A DNA stretch of 64,000 bases from Bdellovibrionales bacterium (GTDB lineage Bacteria; Bdellovibrionota; Bdellovibrionia; Bdellovibrionales; UBA1609). The stretch spans positions 41,292-105,291 of the forward strand of contig JBFWVI010000005.1 in the NCBI GenBank assembly GCA_050246815.1, written 5' to 3'. Below, in pieces: positions 48,752 through 58,851 of this stretch; positions within the stretch are counted from its first letter, which is position 1, and the number at the start of each line of letters is the position of its first letter. Below the pieces are notes generated by a model that was not told where the DNA came from, did no database searches, and saw only the letters and a program-made list of their open reading frames with translations. Both the position numbers and the translations under genes were made by a program.

Positions 48752-50498
48752 TTTTGGTCTCCATCTGCCGCTTTAAGCGCAGATAGGGGCGGTAATCCGC
48801 AGCCACACTCGAGATCTCTTGCATGAGCTTTTGGGCTTCGGACTTGGATTGGCGCTGCCAATAAACTTCCGCCAAGCCCACTTTAGCCGAGGGAAGTTTG
48901 GGTTCCACTTGCAGCACTTTCATCCAAAAGTTGTTGGCGCACTCCAGGTCATCGCGCTCAAGACAAAAGCGTGCTTGCAGCAGAACGGGCAGTAAATATT
49001 CGTTGCGACGGTCCAATTCGATAGCCCGGCCAAGTGCGACGCTAGCTTCGCCACCAAAACCCGCCGCGCGCAAAATTGCGGCGTACACCGCCTGCAACAA
49101 AGCGTCGCGCGGCGCCTGATTGATGGCCTTTTCAATCGCGGCCTTGGCTTGCAAATGCTGGCCCTGCTTGAACAGGCAAACTGCGCCCAGGGCGATTCCG
49201 CTGGGGATCTCTGCGCCGGCTTCGCTCAGCTCACGACACCAAGCCGCGGTGTGACTCCAATCCGCCGTCGGCTTGGCTACCAAAATGGGGTGGCGAAAAT
49301 CATCGGTCTGCTGCGGGTCAACATCGATCACGCGGCGCAAATGCCGCTCCAGATCAGCGGCCGATATTTCATTGCGTACGAAATTCAAATACACTTCGGT
49401 TAAGCGCAACTCTTGTTGATAATCCGCCCGTTCGCGCAAATAGGCTTGCAGTGTTTTACTGGTGGCGGCCATGGCTTCACGGTCATTTGAATTTTTGCCG
49501 ATGTGAATCTGGGCGACCACCAATTGCAACAGCACTTCACCGCGTTTTAGGCCGCCGTTATAAACTTGCGATAGCATTTGGCGCGCGGTCGGGTAATCTT
49601 TTTTGCTCAAAGCCAGCATACCCTTGTTGGCTTTTGCCGGTAAAAAATTGGCATCTTTAGCCAGGGCCTTGCTTAAGCTTTCGTTGGCTCCTTGGGAGTC
49701 ACCGTCGGTCATCTGAGCCAACGCCATGGCCGTCCATGCGGCGGCAGGTTCGTCGGTGCGCTCGTCGATCACTTTTTGCAAAAGCCGCTTGGCTTCGACT
49801 GTTTGGCCTTCGATCTGCACCAACATGGTGGCCAGCGGATACCAAATATCCTTGCGGCTTGGGTCATTGTTGTAGGCCTTTTTCAAAATCTCCAAAGCCG
49901 CGGCATAATCTCCGTCGGCAAATAGATTTAATCCCATCACCACAGGATCCACGCGACCGCCGGCTTTAAGACTGCTCCAGTTGACTCTCTTCGCCCCCCA
50001 AAAGCCGCCCACCAAAAGTAAAACCAGAATCGTCAGTCCCCACATCCAGCGCGAGCCTTTTTCAGCCTCTTGCCGAATCATGCGTTCGTCGACTTGTCCC
50101 GCAGCTTGAAATCTTCCTTGAGCACCCGCACGTGGCGCACGCTGGTTGTCCGCAATATTGTCGTAAACGATCTCTTTGAGCTGATTTTGGAATTCGCTGA
50201 TGTCTTCAGTGATATCGTCCGTAGAGCTGCCGTGAAGACTTTCGGTCATACTGCCGGTGACGCCGCCTGAAGTGGTGGTTCCTTCGTCGATGGACACATC
50301 TTCGTTGCGTAATTTCTCGAGCATTTCACGATAGGCCTGGTGATCGCGAATCAATTGCCAGCGCCGGGCTGGTTCGCAAATCTCATCGATCACGTGCAGC
50401 TCTTTGCTGCGTAAGAGACGCTCGATATCGTCTTGGTTGTAGGGCCCAAGAATACGCCCGCCAGATTTGATCAGCCAAACCGCTTCGTCGCGCTTCAT
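48741..50498 (-). CDS. GYF-like-TM-TPR membrane protein
   Basis: N-terminal 'WLIKSGGRILGPY', one TM, periplasmic TPRs. Confidence 0.8.
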   Translation of the reverse strand: MKRDEAVWLIKSGGRILGPYNQDDIERLLRSKELHVIDEICEPARRWQLIRDHQAYREMLEKLRNEDVSIDEGTTTSGGVTGSMTESLHGSSTDDITEDISEFQNQLKEIVYDNIADNQRAPRAGAQGRFQAAGQVDERMIRQEAEKGSRWMWGLTILVLLLVGGFWGAKRVNWSSLKAGGRVDPVVMGLNLFADGDYAAALEILKKAYNNDPSRKDIWYPLATMLVQIEGQTVEAKRLLQKVIDERTDEPAAAWTAMALAQMTDGDSQGANESLSKALAKDANFLPAKANKGMLALSKKDYPTARQMLSQVYNGGLKRGEVLLQLVVAQIHIGKNSNDREAMAATSKTLQAYLRERADYQQELRLTEVYLNFVRNEISAADLERHLRRVIDVDPQQTDDFRHPILVAKPTADWSHTAAWCRELSEAGAEIPSGIALGAVCLFKQGQHLQAKAAIEKAINQAPRDALLQAVYAAILRAAGFGGEASVALGRAIELDRRNEYLLPVLLQARFCLERDDLECANNFWMKVLQVEPKLPSAKVGLAEVYWQRQSKSEAQKLMQEISSVAADYRPYLRLKRQMETKSAL

Positions 50499-50606
50499 AC
50501 TTTACAAATCGTCTCTGAAAATTATTTCAGTGTCATCAAGAGGTTAGCTCATTCTAGACACTGACTTGAAGTTTTCGACTAGATCTAGGTCGAGGCTAGA
50601 AGGGCT

Positions 50607-52136
50607 CTAATGAGAAAAGTGTCGCTCGCCGGTTAAAACCATGGTGATTCCATGCTTTTGAGCGGCGGCTTTGACCTCATCATCGCGCATCGACCCGCCT
50701 GGCTGAATCACGTAGCGAATGCCACTGGCCGCAATTTTTTCGATGGAGTCGGCAAAAGGAAAAAATGCATCGCTGGCCAACACCGCCTGCTTTTCGGAAA
50801 CATGAAACTGCTGCCAACGCGAAAGCGCTTGGGCCACAGCGTCCACACGATTAACTTGGCCCATGCCCAATCCCAAAGTGCGGCCGCCACCAGCTACCGC
50901 AATAGCATTGCTTTTTAATCTGGCCGCCACTTTCCAAGCTAGCAGCAAATCAGATTGAACAGAACGGCTGGGCTTTTCACCCAAAATTGCCCACTCGGAA
51001 TTCCATTCTGTGGGCAAACGATCTTGGCTTTGCACCAAAAAGCCGCCCAACACTGAACGGACCTTTAATGTGTCGCAACCTTCGGCCAAACGCGGCCACT
51101 TGAGCAGACGCAAATTTTTCTTCGCCGCCATTGCCAGCAAAGCTTCGGGCTCAAAATCTGGCGCCACCACACATTCCAAAAATATTTTGCCTAACAGCTC
51201 GGCCATGGCGGCGGTGATGGTGAAGTTGGTGGCGACAATTCCACCGAAAACACTGACTGGATCGGCCTCTAACGCGCGCTTTAAAATCGAGGTGGCTCCA
51301 TCAAATCCAGCCGCCACCCCACAAGGATTATTATGTTTCACGGCCACCGCGGCCGGCAAATGAAAGTCGGCCACCGTGGTGATCGCCGCATCCAAATCTA
51401 AAAGATTGTTGTAAGAAAGCTCTTTGCCTTGAAGCACTTGAGCTTGATGCAGACCGTTCAAAGCGCCCCGGCGCCGAAACCAGGCAGCTTGCTGATGCGG
51501 ATTTTCACCGTAACGCAGGCCCTGCACAAAACCACCGCCCAGACTCCAATCAGGGCCATTTAAACCAAGCCCCAAATTGGCCGCGATCATCGCATCATAA
51601 GACGAGGTGTGGGCAAATACTTTGCTGGCCAAATGCTGGCGCCAAGCCAAATCGCCTGGCCCACGTTCAAGAACTTCAGCGTAGTCTTGCGGATCACACA
51701 CCACACTCAATCTTGAAAAGTTCTTGGCTGCCCCACGCAGTAATGATGGGCCGCCGATGTCGATAAATTCAATCAGCTCTTCTTGCGGCAAATTTTTGCC
51801 CAGTTGCTGTTCAAAAGGATAAAGATTCACAATCAAAAGATCGATGGGTTCTAATTTTTCTTTTTTCAGTAAGGCGTCGTCTTCTACATTCCCAACTCTG
51901 GAAAGCAGCGCCATATGGATGCGCGGATGAAGCGTTTTGACCCGTCCGTCCATCACCTCAGGAAATCCGGTTTGCTCAGAAACATCGATCACTTGAAAAC
52001 CGTGGTCGCGCAGGTGCTTGGCCGTGCCGCCCGTCGAAAGCAGTCTAAGGCCCTTAGCCACCAGAGGCCTTAAAAAATCGACCAATCCTGTCTTATCAGA
52101 AACACTGATCAGTGCATTGCGAAAGGTGGCGTTCAT
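50607..52136 (-). CDS. purH: Bifunctional AICAR transformylase/IMP cyclohydrolase
   Basis: ALISVSDKTG, GRVKTLHP, RYGENPHQ and ASDAFFPF motifs. Confidence 0.97.
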   Translation of the reverse strand: MNATFRNALISVSDKTGLVDFLRPLVAKGLRLLSTGGTAKHLRDHGFQVIDVSEQTGFPEVMDGRVKTLHPRIHMALLSRVGNVEDDALLKKEKLEPIDLLIVNLYPFEQQLGKNLPQEELIEFIDIGGPSLLRGAAKNFSRLSVVCDPQDYAEVLERGPGDLAWRQHLASKVFAHTSSYDAMIAANLGLGLNGPDWSLGGGFVQGLRYGENPHQQAAWFRRRGALNGLHQAQVLQGKELSYNNLLDLDAAITTVADFHLPAAVAVKHNNPCGVAAGFDGATSILKRALEADPVSVFGGIVATNFTITAAMAELLGKIFLECVVAPDFEPEALLAMAAKKNLRLLKWPRLAEGCDTLKVRSVLGGFLVQSQDRLPTEWNSEWAILGEKPSRSVQSDLLLAWKVAARLKSNAIAVAGGGRTLGLGMGQVNRVDAVAQALSRWQQFHVSEKQAVLASDAFFPFADSIEKIAASGIRYVIQPGGSMRDDEVKAAAQKHGITMVLTGERHFSH

Positions 52137-53020
52137 GCCACCGCTTTTACCTCTGAAGATCCCGCTTGTCGACGCAAAACATAGGCCACCAAACCTGCCG
52201 TGACATACATGATCAAAATGTAAAGCGCAGCGGGCACAGCAATGGGCGCACTATTGAGAAGATGGGGACTCATCGCAATACCCACCGCCAAGGCACAATT
52301 GTGAATGCCCAGCTCCATCACCACCGCCGCCATATCCGCCCGTGTTAATTTCAAAAGGCGGGCTCCCAAAAAACCAAAGCCCATGCTGCCCACATTGAAA
52401 AGCAAGACCGCAAGACCGGCCTCCATGACGCCTGAACGGATCAGCTCCCACTCGTTACGCACTCCAACCACAACGATGGTTAAAAGCAGCAAGATCGACA
52501 AGCGTGTGACAAACTTTTCACAACGTGAGGCCAAATGGGGCCATCGGCGATTCATCCAAAAGCCCAGCATCATGGGCACCAGCAAAACCACCACCACCTG
52601 CATCAGCTTTTCGGTTTGAAGCGGAATCGCATTGGCCTCATGTGAGAAATACTGCAGACTCAAGCCCACTACGAGGGGCACAAATACAATACCGATCAGT
52701 GAGTTGATCGCGGTCAAAGTGATATTCAGAGCCACATTGCCCCTCGCCAAAAAGCTGAGCAAGTTGGCCGTGGGCCCCCCCGGCGTTGAAGCCAGCAGCA
52801 TCAAACCAATCGATAAAGGTGCGGACAATTGAAACACCCAACAAAGTAACGCCGCAAAAAGTGGAATGATCAGCAGTTGAATCCCCAACGCCACCCCCAC
52901 CACTTTGGGTTGTTGGCGGACACGAATAAAATCCGCCATCGTCAGGGTCAAACCCAATCCCCACATCACCAGGGCTAAACAAACCGGAGCGAGCACTTGA
53001 ACGATCATTGTTGTTTGCAT
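52133..53020 (-). CDS. Bile acid:sodium symporter (BASS) family
   Basis: 'PGGPTAN..LARGNVAL' and 'ELGIHN' motifs; multiple TMs. Confidence 0.9.
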   Translation of the reverse strand: MQTTMIVQVLAPVCLALVMWGLGLTLTMADFIRVRQQPKVVGVALGIQLLIIPLFAALLCWVFQLSAPLSIGLMLLASTPGGPTANLLSFLARGNVALNITLTAINSLIGIVFVPLVVGLSLQYFSHEANAIPLQTEKLMQVVVVLLVPMMLGFWMNRRWPHLASRCEKFVTRLSILLLLTIVVVGVRNEWELIRSGVMEAGLAVLLFNVGSMGFGFLGARLLKLTRADMAAVVMELGIHNCALAVGIAMSPHLLNSAPIAVPAALYILIMYVTAGLVAYVLRRQAGSSEVKAVA

Positions 53021-53049
53021 AATTTTAGCCTAGCTTTTGCTTCACGGAA

Positions 53050-53125
53050 CAGGTAGGCCCTTCTTTTTCCGTCTGCACCGCGTCGTTTACGACGTGGTGC
53101 AGACGGAAAAAGAAGGGCCTACCTG
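53050..53125. repeat. Long inverted repeat (REPIN-like copy B)
   Basis: 37-bp arms with one G.T mismatch, 2-nt loop, GTAG...CTAC core; contains the mlaD stop codon. Confidence 0.9.
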
Positions 53126-54471
53126 AACGAAACTTTTGAAGCCAGCATTTTCAGGTCGTCGTTGGTGATGAAGATGCCCGCGCCAATAAAGCCGCTGGCC
53201 ACGTCGTTGTTGGACTCAGCCAAGTTGTCGCCACCAGCGATCACATAGACGCCTTTCATGAAGTTGTAACGGGCGAAAGCGCGAATATACAAATCGCTAA
53301 AGTTGAAAAATTCGGCCGACAACTGCAGGCTTTTGCCAAACAGGTGATAGTCAAAACCCACCCCACCGGCGTTTTCGATCAAACCGCCTTTAACCGTGAA
53401 GTCATAGAAGTTCTTTGCGAACAAGGCACTGAATTTCACGCGATTTTTGTAGGTGGTGGTTTTATCCACTGTGGTGGTGGGACCGCCGGATGGAGTTGAT
53501 TCAGAACGCTCCGAACGAACCACACCGCGCGGATCGTCGATTACCGCCAGCTCATAGTAGCGATCAAGACCAGGTTGGATTTTCACGCCGATATAAGATT
53601 TGGTCAAATCGACGCCAGTCAGATACTCCGAGTGAAAGTCGATTGAGGTTTCAAGCTTGTCGGCACCGCCCAAGAAATTGTTCACGTTGGTGATCGCCGA
53701 ATTAAGTTGCTCGACAGTTTCTTCGTCGTTGATTAGGCGGCCCAGGGTGCCTTCGCCACGATTCACTTTGTCGGTGATCTCCTCGATATTACGAATCGCT
53801 TGGTCCACCCGCGCTAAAGTCTGGTCGTTCACGTAAGTGTCGACGTTTTTGGTGATGTTTTGCACCCGCGCGATGATCTCGTTGATCTTGTCTTTGTTCT
53901 GGCCTGTGACCTCTGACAAGTCTTTGCTGACTTTTTCGATATTTAAAATAATTCGTCCCACCGGAGACGTCGGGTCACCTTCGCCTTGGGTTGCCGCGTT
54001 CAGTGTGCCCGCCAATTCATTCAAAGACTTGGCGATCTTAGAAACCTCTTTCATGACGTCAGACAAATTGCCACGATCGACAATTTCGATAATTTGTGAG
54101 CCGCTCTTCAACTCGGGCTCGTCAGGCTGACCGGGGGTGAGTTCGATATGTTTGTCACCCAAAATACCATCGGATTTCAACTCCACGCGCGTGGAGGGGG
54201 TGATGCGCGCATCATTGTCCAAGCGCACTTTGATGCGGGCACGACCGCCGTCAAGCTCGATTTGATCGATCAAACCGATTTTGATTCCAGCCATTTTCAC
54301 CGCGCTATTTTTGACCAAACCGCCCGCATCAGGAATGGTAAACCAATAGACATTGTCACCGCCAAAAAGTTTAGGCCCTTCGGCCACCTTGACGGACATC
54401 ACCCCGATTAACGCAGACACTGCGACAACCAAGATACCGACTTTGAATTCGGGGGTCTGGAAGAGGTTCAT
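53119..54471 (-). CDS. mlaD: MCE/MlaD protein with helical stalk and C-terminal beta-strand domain
   Basis: N-terminal TM, MCE domain 'GGLVKNSAVKMAGIKIG..GILGDKHI', 'GEGTLGRLIND', beta-rich C-terminus. Confidence 0.88.
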   Translation of the reverse strand: MNLFQTPEFKVGILVVAVSALIGVMSVKVAEGPKLFGGDNVYWFTIPDAGGLVKNSAVKMAGIKIGLIDQIELDGGRARIKVRLDNDARITPSTRVELKSDGILGDKHIELTPGQPDEPELKSGSQIIEIVDRGNLSDVMKEVSKIAKSLNELAGTLNAATQGEGDPTSPVGRIILNIEKVSKDLSEVTGQNKDKINEIIARVQNITKNVDTYVNDQTLARVDQAIRNIEEITDKVNRGEGTLGRLINDEETVEQLNSAITNVNNFLGGADKLETSIDFHSEYLTGVDLTKSYIGVKIQPGLDRYYELAVIDDPRGVVRSERSESTPSGGPTTTVDKTTTYKNRVKFSALFAKNFYDFTVKGGLIENAGGVGFDYHLFGKSLQLSAEFFNFSDLYIRAFARYNFMKGVYVIAGGDNLAESNNDVASGFIGAGIFITNDDLKMLASKVSFR

Positions 54472-55256
54472 CCCTTCTTAAACCCTTTCGCCAAAAATTT
54501 TTGGATCAGTTCATTTTCAGATTTGTAAAAGAGCTCAGGCTCGCCGGCCAAAAGCACTTTGCCTTTGTCGAGCATCACCAGGTGTTCACCGATGTTGAAT
54601 GCGGCGAAGATGTCGTGTGAAACCACGATGCTCGTCGAACCAGCGTGGTTTTTGTGAGTGTCATGAATCAAATTGTCGACCATCTCGGTCAAAATCGGAT
54701 CAAGACCCGTGGTGGGCTCATCGTAAAGCAACACTTCGGGATCCAACGCTAGGGCGCGGGCAAGCCCCACGCGCTTACGCATCCCGCCGCTCAGCTCCGC
54801 TGGCAGCTTGTGATAGTGTTTTTCGTCCAAACCGGACACCTTCAGTTTATGCATGGCGATCTCGATGATCTCCTGGGGACCTAGGTCCCGCCGATGTTCC
54901 CTCAATGGAAAGCATGTGTTCTCTAACGCTGTCATATCGTCAAAAAGCGCAGCGTACTGAAATAAGACACCCAGTTTACAGCGAAAAAAATTCAACTCGT
55001 CCTGCGTCATGGACCAAAGGTCCTTACCCAGCACCTTAATTGTTCCCGACGTTGGTTTTATCAGTCCTAAAATATGCTTTAAAAGCACACTTTTGCCTGT
55101 GCCAGAGAAGCCAATGATCACGGTCAGCTTGCCCCGCGGAATTTCGAGGTTGAGGCCATCGAGTACAAAATCGCGCCCGCCATCGAAGGATTTGCGAATG
55201 TCGATCAGCGACACCGCAGATTCGGATTTTGGCGTGAGATTTTCAGTCATGCTCAT
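54468..55256 (-). CDS. mlaF: Mla ABC ATPase
   Basis: GFSGTGKS, LFQYAALFD, LSGGMRKRV and YDEPT motifs. Confidence 0.92.
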   Translation of the reverse strand: MSMTENLTPKSESAVSLIDIRKSFDGGRDFVLDGLNLEIPRGKLTVIIGFSGTGKSVLLKHILGLIKPTSGTIKVLGKDLWSMTQDELNFFRCKLGVLFQYAALFDDMTALENTCFPLREHRRDLGPQEIIEIAMHKLKVSGLDEKHYHKLPAELSGGMRKRVGLARALALDPEVLLYDEPTTGLDPILTEMVDNLIHDTHKNHAGSTSIVVSHDIFAAFNIGEHLVMLDKGKVLLAGEPELFYKSENELIQKFLAKGFKKG

Positions 55257-56098
55257 CCCTTGATTCCCGTGACGACGTAAAAGACGCGAATCAAATTAGT
55301 CAGCAGATAGTTGAGAGCGATCACCAACACCATGCTGTTGACCACGCCTTCGTTGGTGGCTTCGCCCACACCTTTTGCTCCGCCCTTAGCATTGAAGCCT
55401 TTGCTGGTGCACATGATGGCGAAAGTCAGACCGAAAACACCGGCTTTGAACATGCCTTGATTGATGTCGCCGGGCTCGATCCACTGACTGATCTTGTCCC
55501 AAAACACAGCTTCGTCCAAACCCAGTACGTTGATGCATAAAAGGCTTGCTCCCATCATGGCAACAAAGTCGAAAACCGCGCAAAGCAAAGGCATGGTGAC
55601 CAAGGCTGCCAAAATGCGTGGTGCCACCAAGTATTGGCGCGGATCAATCCCCATCACTTCCAGCGCGTCGATTTGCTCCGAGACACGCATGGTTCCAAGA
55701 CGCGCGGCCATAGCCCCACCCGCGCGCGCCGCCACAATCAAACCGGTCAAGACCGGTCCTAGTTCTCGAGTAATGCCCAAGGCCACTGTCGGGCCGACCA
55801 AGTTGGTGGCATTGACCAATTTAAACCCTAAGTAAATTTGATACGAAAGTGCCAGTCCCGTGAAGGCCCCGGTTAAGCAGATGATCAAGATCGATTTGTT
55901 GCCGATGAATTCCATGTGCCGAATGATCTCTTCAAAGCGGTAAGGCTTCTTAAAAATCAAACGCACCGACTGGGCGCCAAACAACACGGTCTGCCCCGCC
56001 GCATGAAATGAACGCGCCATGGAGTCCACCGCGCGAAACAAGGCATAGTCGATGCCCTCATTCAGCTTATCGCGGTAATTCATCCACCATTTGAGCAT
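55253..56098 (-). CDS. mlaE: Mla ABC permease
   Basis: RELGPVL and MRVSEQIDALEVMG motifs. Confidence 0.93.
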   Translation of the reverse strand: MLKWWMNYRDKLNEGIDYALFRAVDSMARSFHAAGQTVLFGAQSVRLIFKKPYRFEEIIRHMEFIGNKSILIICLTGAFTGLALSYQIYLGFKLVNATNLVGPTVALGITRELGPVLTGLIVAARAGGAMAARLGTMRVSEQIDALEVMGIDPRQYLVAPRILAALVTMPLLCAVFDFVAMMGASLLCINVLGLDEAVFWDKISQWIEPGDINQGMFKAGVFGLTFAIMCTSKGFNAKGGAKGVGEATNEGVVNSMVLVIALNYLLTNLIRVFYVVTGIKG

Positions 56099-56103
56099 CG
56101 CTT

Positions 56104-57213
56104 CTAGTCCCCGTCTCGGTAACGTCGTGGCACCCTGGGGCTAACCGCAGTGAAAAGCTCGTAGGCAATAGTCTCGGCCTGCTCCGCAACTTCATCGGCC
56201 GAGATCCTTGCCTGCCGCTGCTCACCCCAAAAAACCACCTGTTCTTTGGGCAAGATTTCACCTGTCAGCTTGGCCAGTTTGGTCATGTCGAGCATGATAT
56301 AGTCCATGCAAACCGTTCCGACTAGCGGAACTCGTTGGCCGCGCACCAAGGCTTGGGCGCGGTTGGTCAGCAAGCGAAAAAAACCATCGCCATACCCCAA
56401 AGGAACCACCGCGATAACCGAATCTTGACTGGCCCGCCAGCGCGAATTGTAAGAAACACCCTGCCCGGCCTTGATTTTATGGATCATGGCCACTTCTGAG
56501 CGCAAATGCATAACCGGCTTTAAGGGTGTGCCATTGGCCCCACCCCCATAAACCGCGATGCCTGGCCGAACGCCAAAACCCCGGGCACTGGCCGGCGACA
56601 GCAAAGCCGCGCTATTCAGAAGATGCAAAATGGGCTGCCCTTGAAAGAATTTTGCCGCGACCTTCAGGGCTTCCGCCTGCTGGCCTGATTGGCCAAAGCT
56701 TTGGCTCCAATCTTCGCCCTGCACCAAATGCGAACAAAGTCCCGTCAACTTTAGGCGCGATTGATTTTTGAAAAATTCCGCCACTTGAGCCGCCTCATTC
56801 ACCTCGAAACCCAACCGATTCATACCGGTGTTGAATTTCAAGTGAACTTGAAAATCACTTGCCGCTTTGTCTTTGAAAAATTGCAAATCTTCCTGCCGAC
56901 TGAGTACGGGGGTCAGATTGTTCGCGACGCAGGCCTCGGCGGCCGCTTCAGAAAAAAGTGAGAAGACCAGAAGTGGCACTTGAATCCCGGCCTGCCGCAA
57001 AATCAAACCCTCTTCAACCAAAGCGACGCCCAAGGCGTCCACTTTCATTTCGCTTAAGGCCTGGGCGATCGCCACCGCACCATGGCCGTAGGCATTGGCT
57101 TTGACCATCGGGCAAAACCAAATACCGGCACCGGCACGCTCTTTGAGCCAGCGAACGTTGTGGCGAAGCGCTGACAAATCCACATCAGCGTAGGTCGGTC
57201 GATAATTGTTCAC
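56104..57213 (-). CDS. alr: Alanine racemase
   Basis: VKANAYGHG, NTGMNRLG, GYGDG and VCMD motifs. Confidence 0.96.
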   Translation of the reverse strand: MNNYRPTYADVDLSALRHNVRWLKERAGAGIWFCPMVKANAYGHGAVAIAQALSEMKVDALGVALVEEGLILRQAGIQVPLLVFSLFSEAAAEACVANNLTPVLSRQEDLQFFKDKAASDFQVHLKFNTGMNRLGFEVNEAAQVAEFFKNQSRLKLTGLCSHLVQGEDWSQSFGQSGQQAEALKVAAKFFQGQPILHLLNSAALLSPASARGFGVRPGIAVYGGGANGTPLKPVMHLRSEVAMIHKIKAGQGVSYNSRWRASQDSVIAVVPLGYGDGFFRLLTNRAQALVRGQRVPLVGTVCMDYIMLDMTKLAKLTGEILPKEQVVFWGEQRQARISADEVAEQAETIAYELFTAVSPRVPRRYRDGD

Positions 57214-57225
57214 GTCACAAATCCT

Positions 57226-58851
57226 TTAAGGGCTTAGCACCTGAAAGTCAGGGACAAAGCCTGCCACTGGAGTCGACACACAAACCTTATTGTTGACCTT
57301 GTTCTTCACCTGCCAAAGCGCATCATCGGCGGTGCTGAACAAATCATCCACGTCACGGCAACAAGAGGGATACTCACTGACACCGATACTGACCGTGAGT
57401 TTGGGGAAGCGTGGTATCAGACGGTTGAAGTCGGCGGATGCAATCAGTTTGCGCAGGCGCTCGGCCTTGATCGTTGCGCCCTCGCAAGCGGTGTGCGGCA
57501 AGATTAGCCCCAACTCTTCCGCCGTCAAGCGGCCTAAAATGTCATTGGCACGGCTTCGGGGCTGGATAATTTTGGCCAAAGCCCGCACCGCCATTTGCGC
57601 TTCTTCCAAACCATAGTGGGTTAAAAGATCACGGTACTGATCCAGCGAAATCGTCAAAAGCGAAACCGGCGATTGCAAGCGGCGCGAACGCGCGATCTCG
57701 CCCCGCAAACGTTCTTCCATCGTGGCACGATTTAAAACGGCGGTGGCGGGATCATGAATCTCGATGGTGTGTAGGTACTGCTGCATATCCAACAGTCGGC
57801 CACGCTCGTTGCCCACTTGCACAATGGCCTCAAGTCGCTGAACCGGCACGTCCGCCAGCGAAGCAAACACCACAAACAAACCGTAGATTTCATCGCGCAA
57901 TTCCAAGGGACGCACCCAAACCTCGTCACGACGAACCAAACTTCGGGCCATCTCTTTAAGGCCCATTAACTTTTCAGGGTGGCGCAAATCACTCAGGCAA
58001 AAGCCCGGCTCCTCACTTAAGTTCAAACCCAGATTCTTGGCGGCATCCACCGACAAACCATGCGACACGCTGGCCACCAAACAACGTCGGTTAGGCAGGT
58101 GACGTAAAAAGATCACGGGAATGTCGGGGCACTGTTCACCCAGGGCCGATACGGTTTCATGCACCAGGTCTTCCAATTGGCGAGCCTTGATCAGACGACT
58201 CCATGTGGCACCAAAATCAAAATTCAAACCGAACTCCGGAATGGGTGGAACCAGATCCGCAAAGGGCGCATTTTTTTGCGGAATCTTGGTTTCTGAAACT
58301 TCTTCCATCACGGAAGACAGGAAAGCTTGAGTCTCTTCGCGCAGATTTTCGATTGAATCTTGAATGGTCACGGGTTTGGCGGGCTCAAGTTCGGCGGGTG
58401 CTTCAAGCAACGCTTCAGCCGCAGCCAACCGTTCATTGAGCTCTTCGTTGCGGTACAGATATGCATCCCGCTCAGCCGCCCGTTCGATGGCACGAATCAT
58501 TTGGCGCGGATGAACCGGCGGCGCCATCACACAATCGTAAATCAAATTCCCCCATTCGCGCCAGGTGGCGGCCAACCCCGCTGCCGAAGATAAAATCAAA
58601 AAATGAGATTCGGGCAAACGCTGGCGAAATTCTTTTAAGGCTTCGCCCACCTTGTTCTGTTCGTCACTGCGGTGAAATAAAATCACATGGGGTGGCCTGC
58701 TCTGCAAGGCTTCCCGCAAGGGTTCGACGGTTGTGAAAAGTTGCGGTTGGTAGCCGGCCTCGCGCAAAAGCTCAAGGGTTGGCTGAGCACGGTCCTCGCG
58801 ACCATCCAGCAGATAGATCCCATATTGGGCCCGGGGGATTTGCAGACTCAT
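57226..58851 (-). CDS. Pseudo-receiver plus degenerate GGDEF protein (probable c-di-GMP receptor)
   Basis: HDPATAVLNR; RAND I-site five residues before the TAEEL A-site; TVSIGV. Confidence 0.85.
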   Translation of the reverse strand: MSLQIPRAQYGIYLLDGREDRAQPTLELLREAGYQPQLFTTVEPLREALQSRPPHVILFHRSDEQNKVGEALKEFRQRLPESHFLILSSAAGLAATWREWGNLIYDCVMAPPVHPRQMIRAIERAAERDAYLYRNEELNERLAAAEALLEAPAELEPAKPVTIQDSIENLREETQAFLSSVMEEVSETKIPQKNAPFADLVPPIPEFGLNFDFGATWSRLIKARQLEDLVHETVSALGEQCPDIPVIFLRHLPNRRCLVASVSHGLSVDAAKNLGLNLSEEPGFCLSDLRHPEKLMGLKEMARSLVRRDEVWVRPLELRDEIYGLFVVFASLADVPVQRLEAIVQVGNERGRLLDMQQYLHTIEIHDPATAVLNRATMEERLRGEIARSRRLQSPVSLLTISLDQYRDLLTHYGLEEAQMAVRALAKIIQPRSRANDILGRLTAEELGLILPHTACEGATIKAERLRKLIASADFNRLIPRFPKLTVSIGVSEYPSCCRDVDDLFSTADDALWQVKNKVNNKVCVSTPVAGFVPDFQVLSP

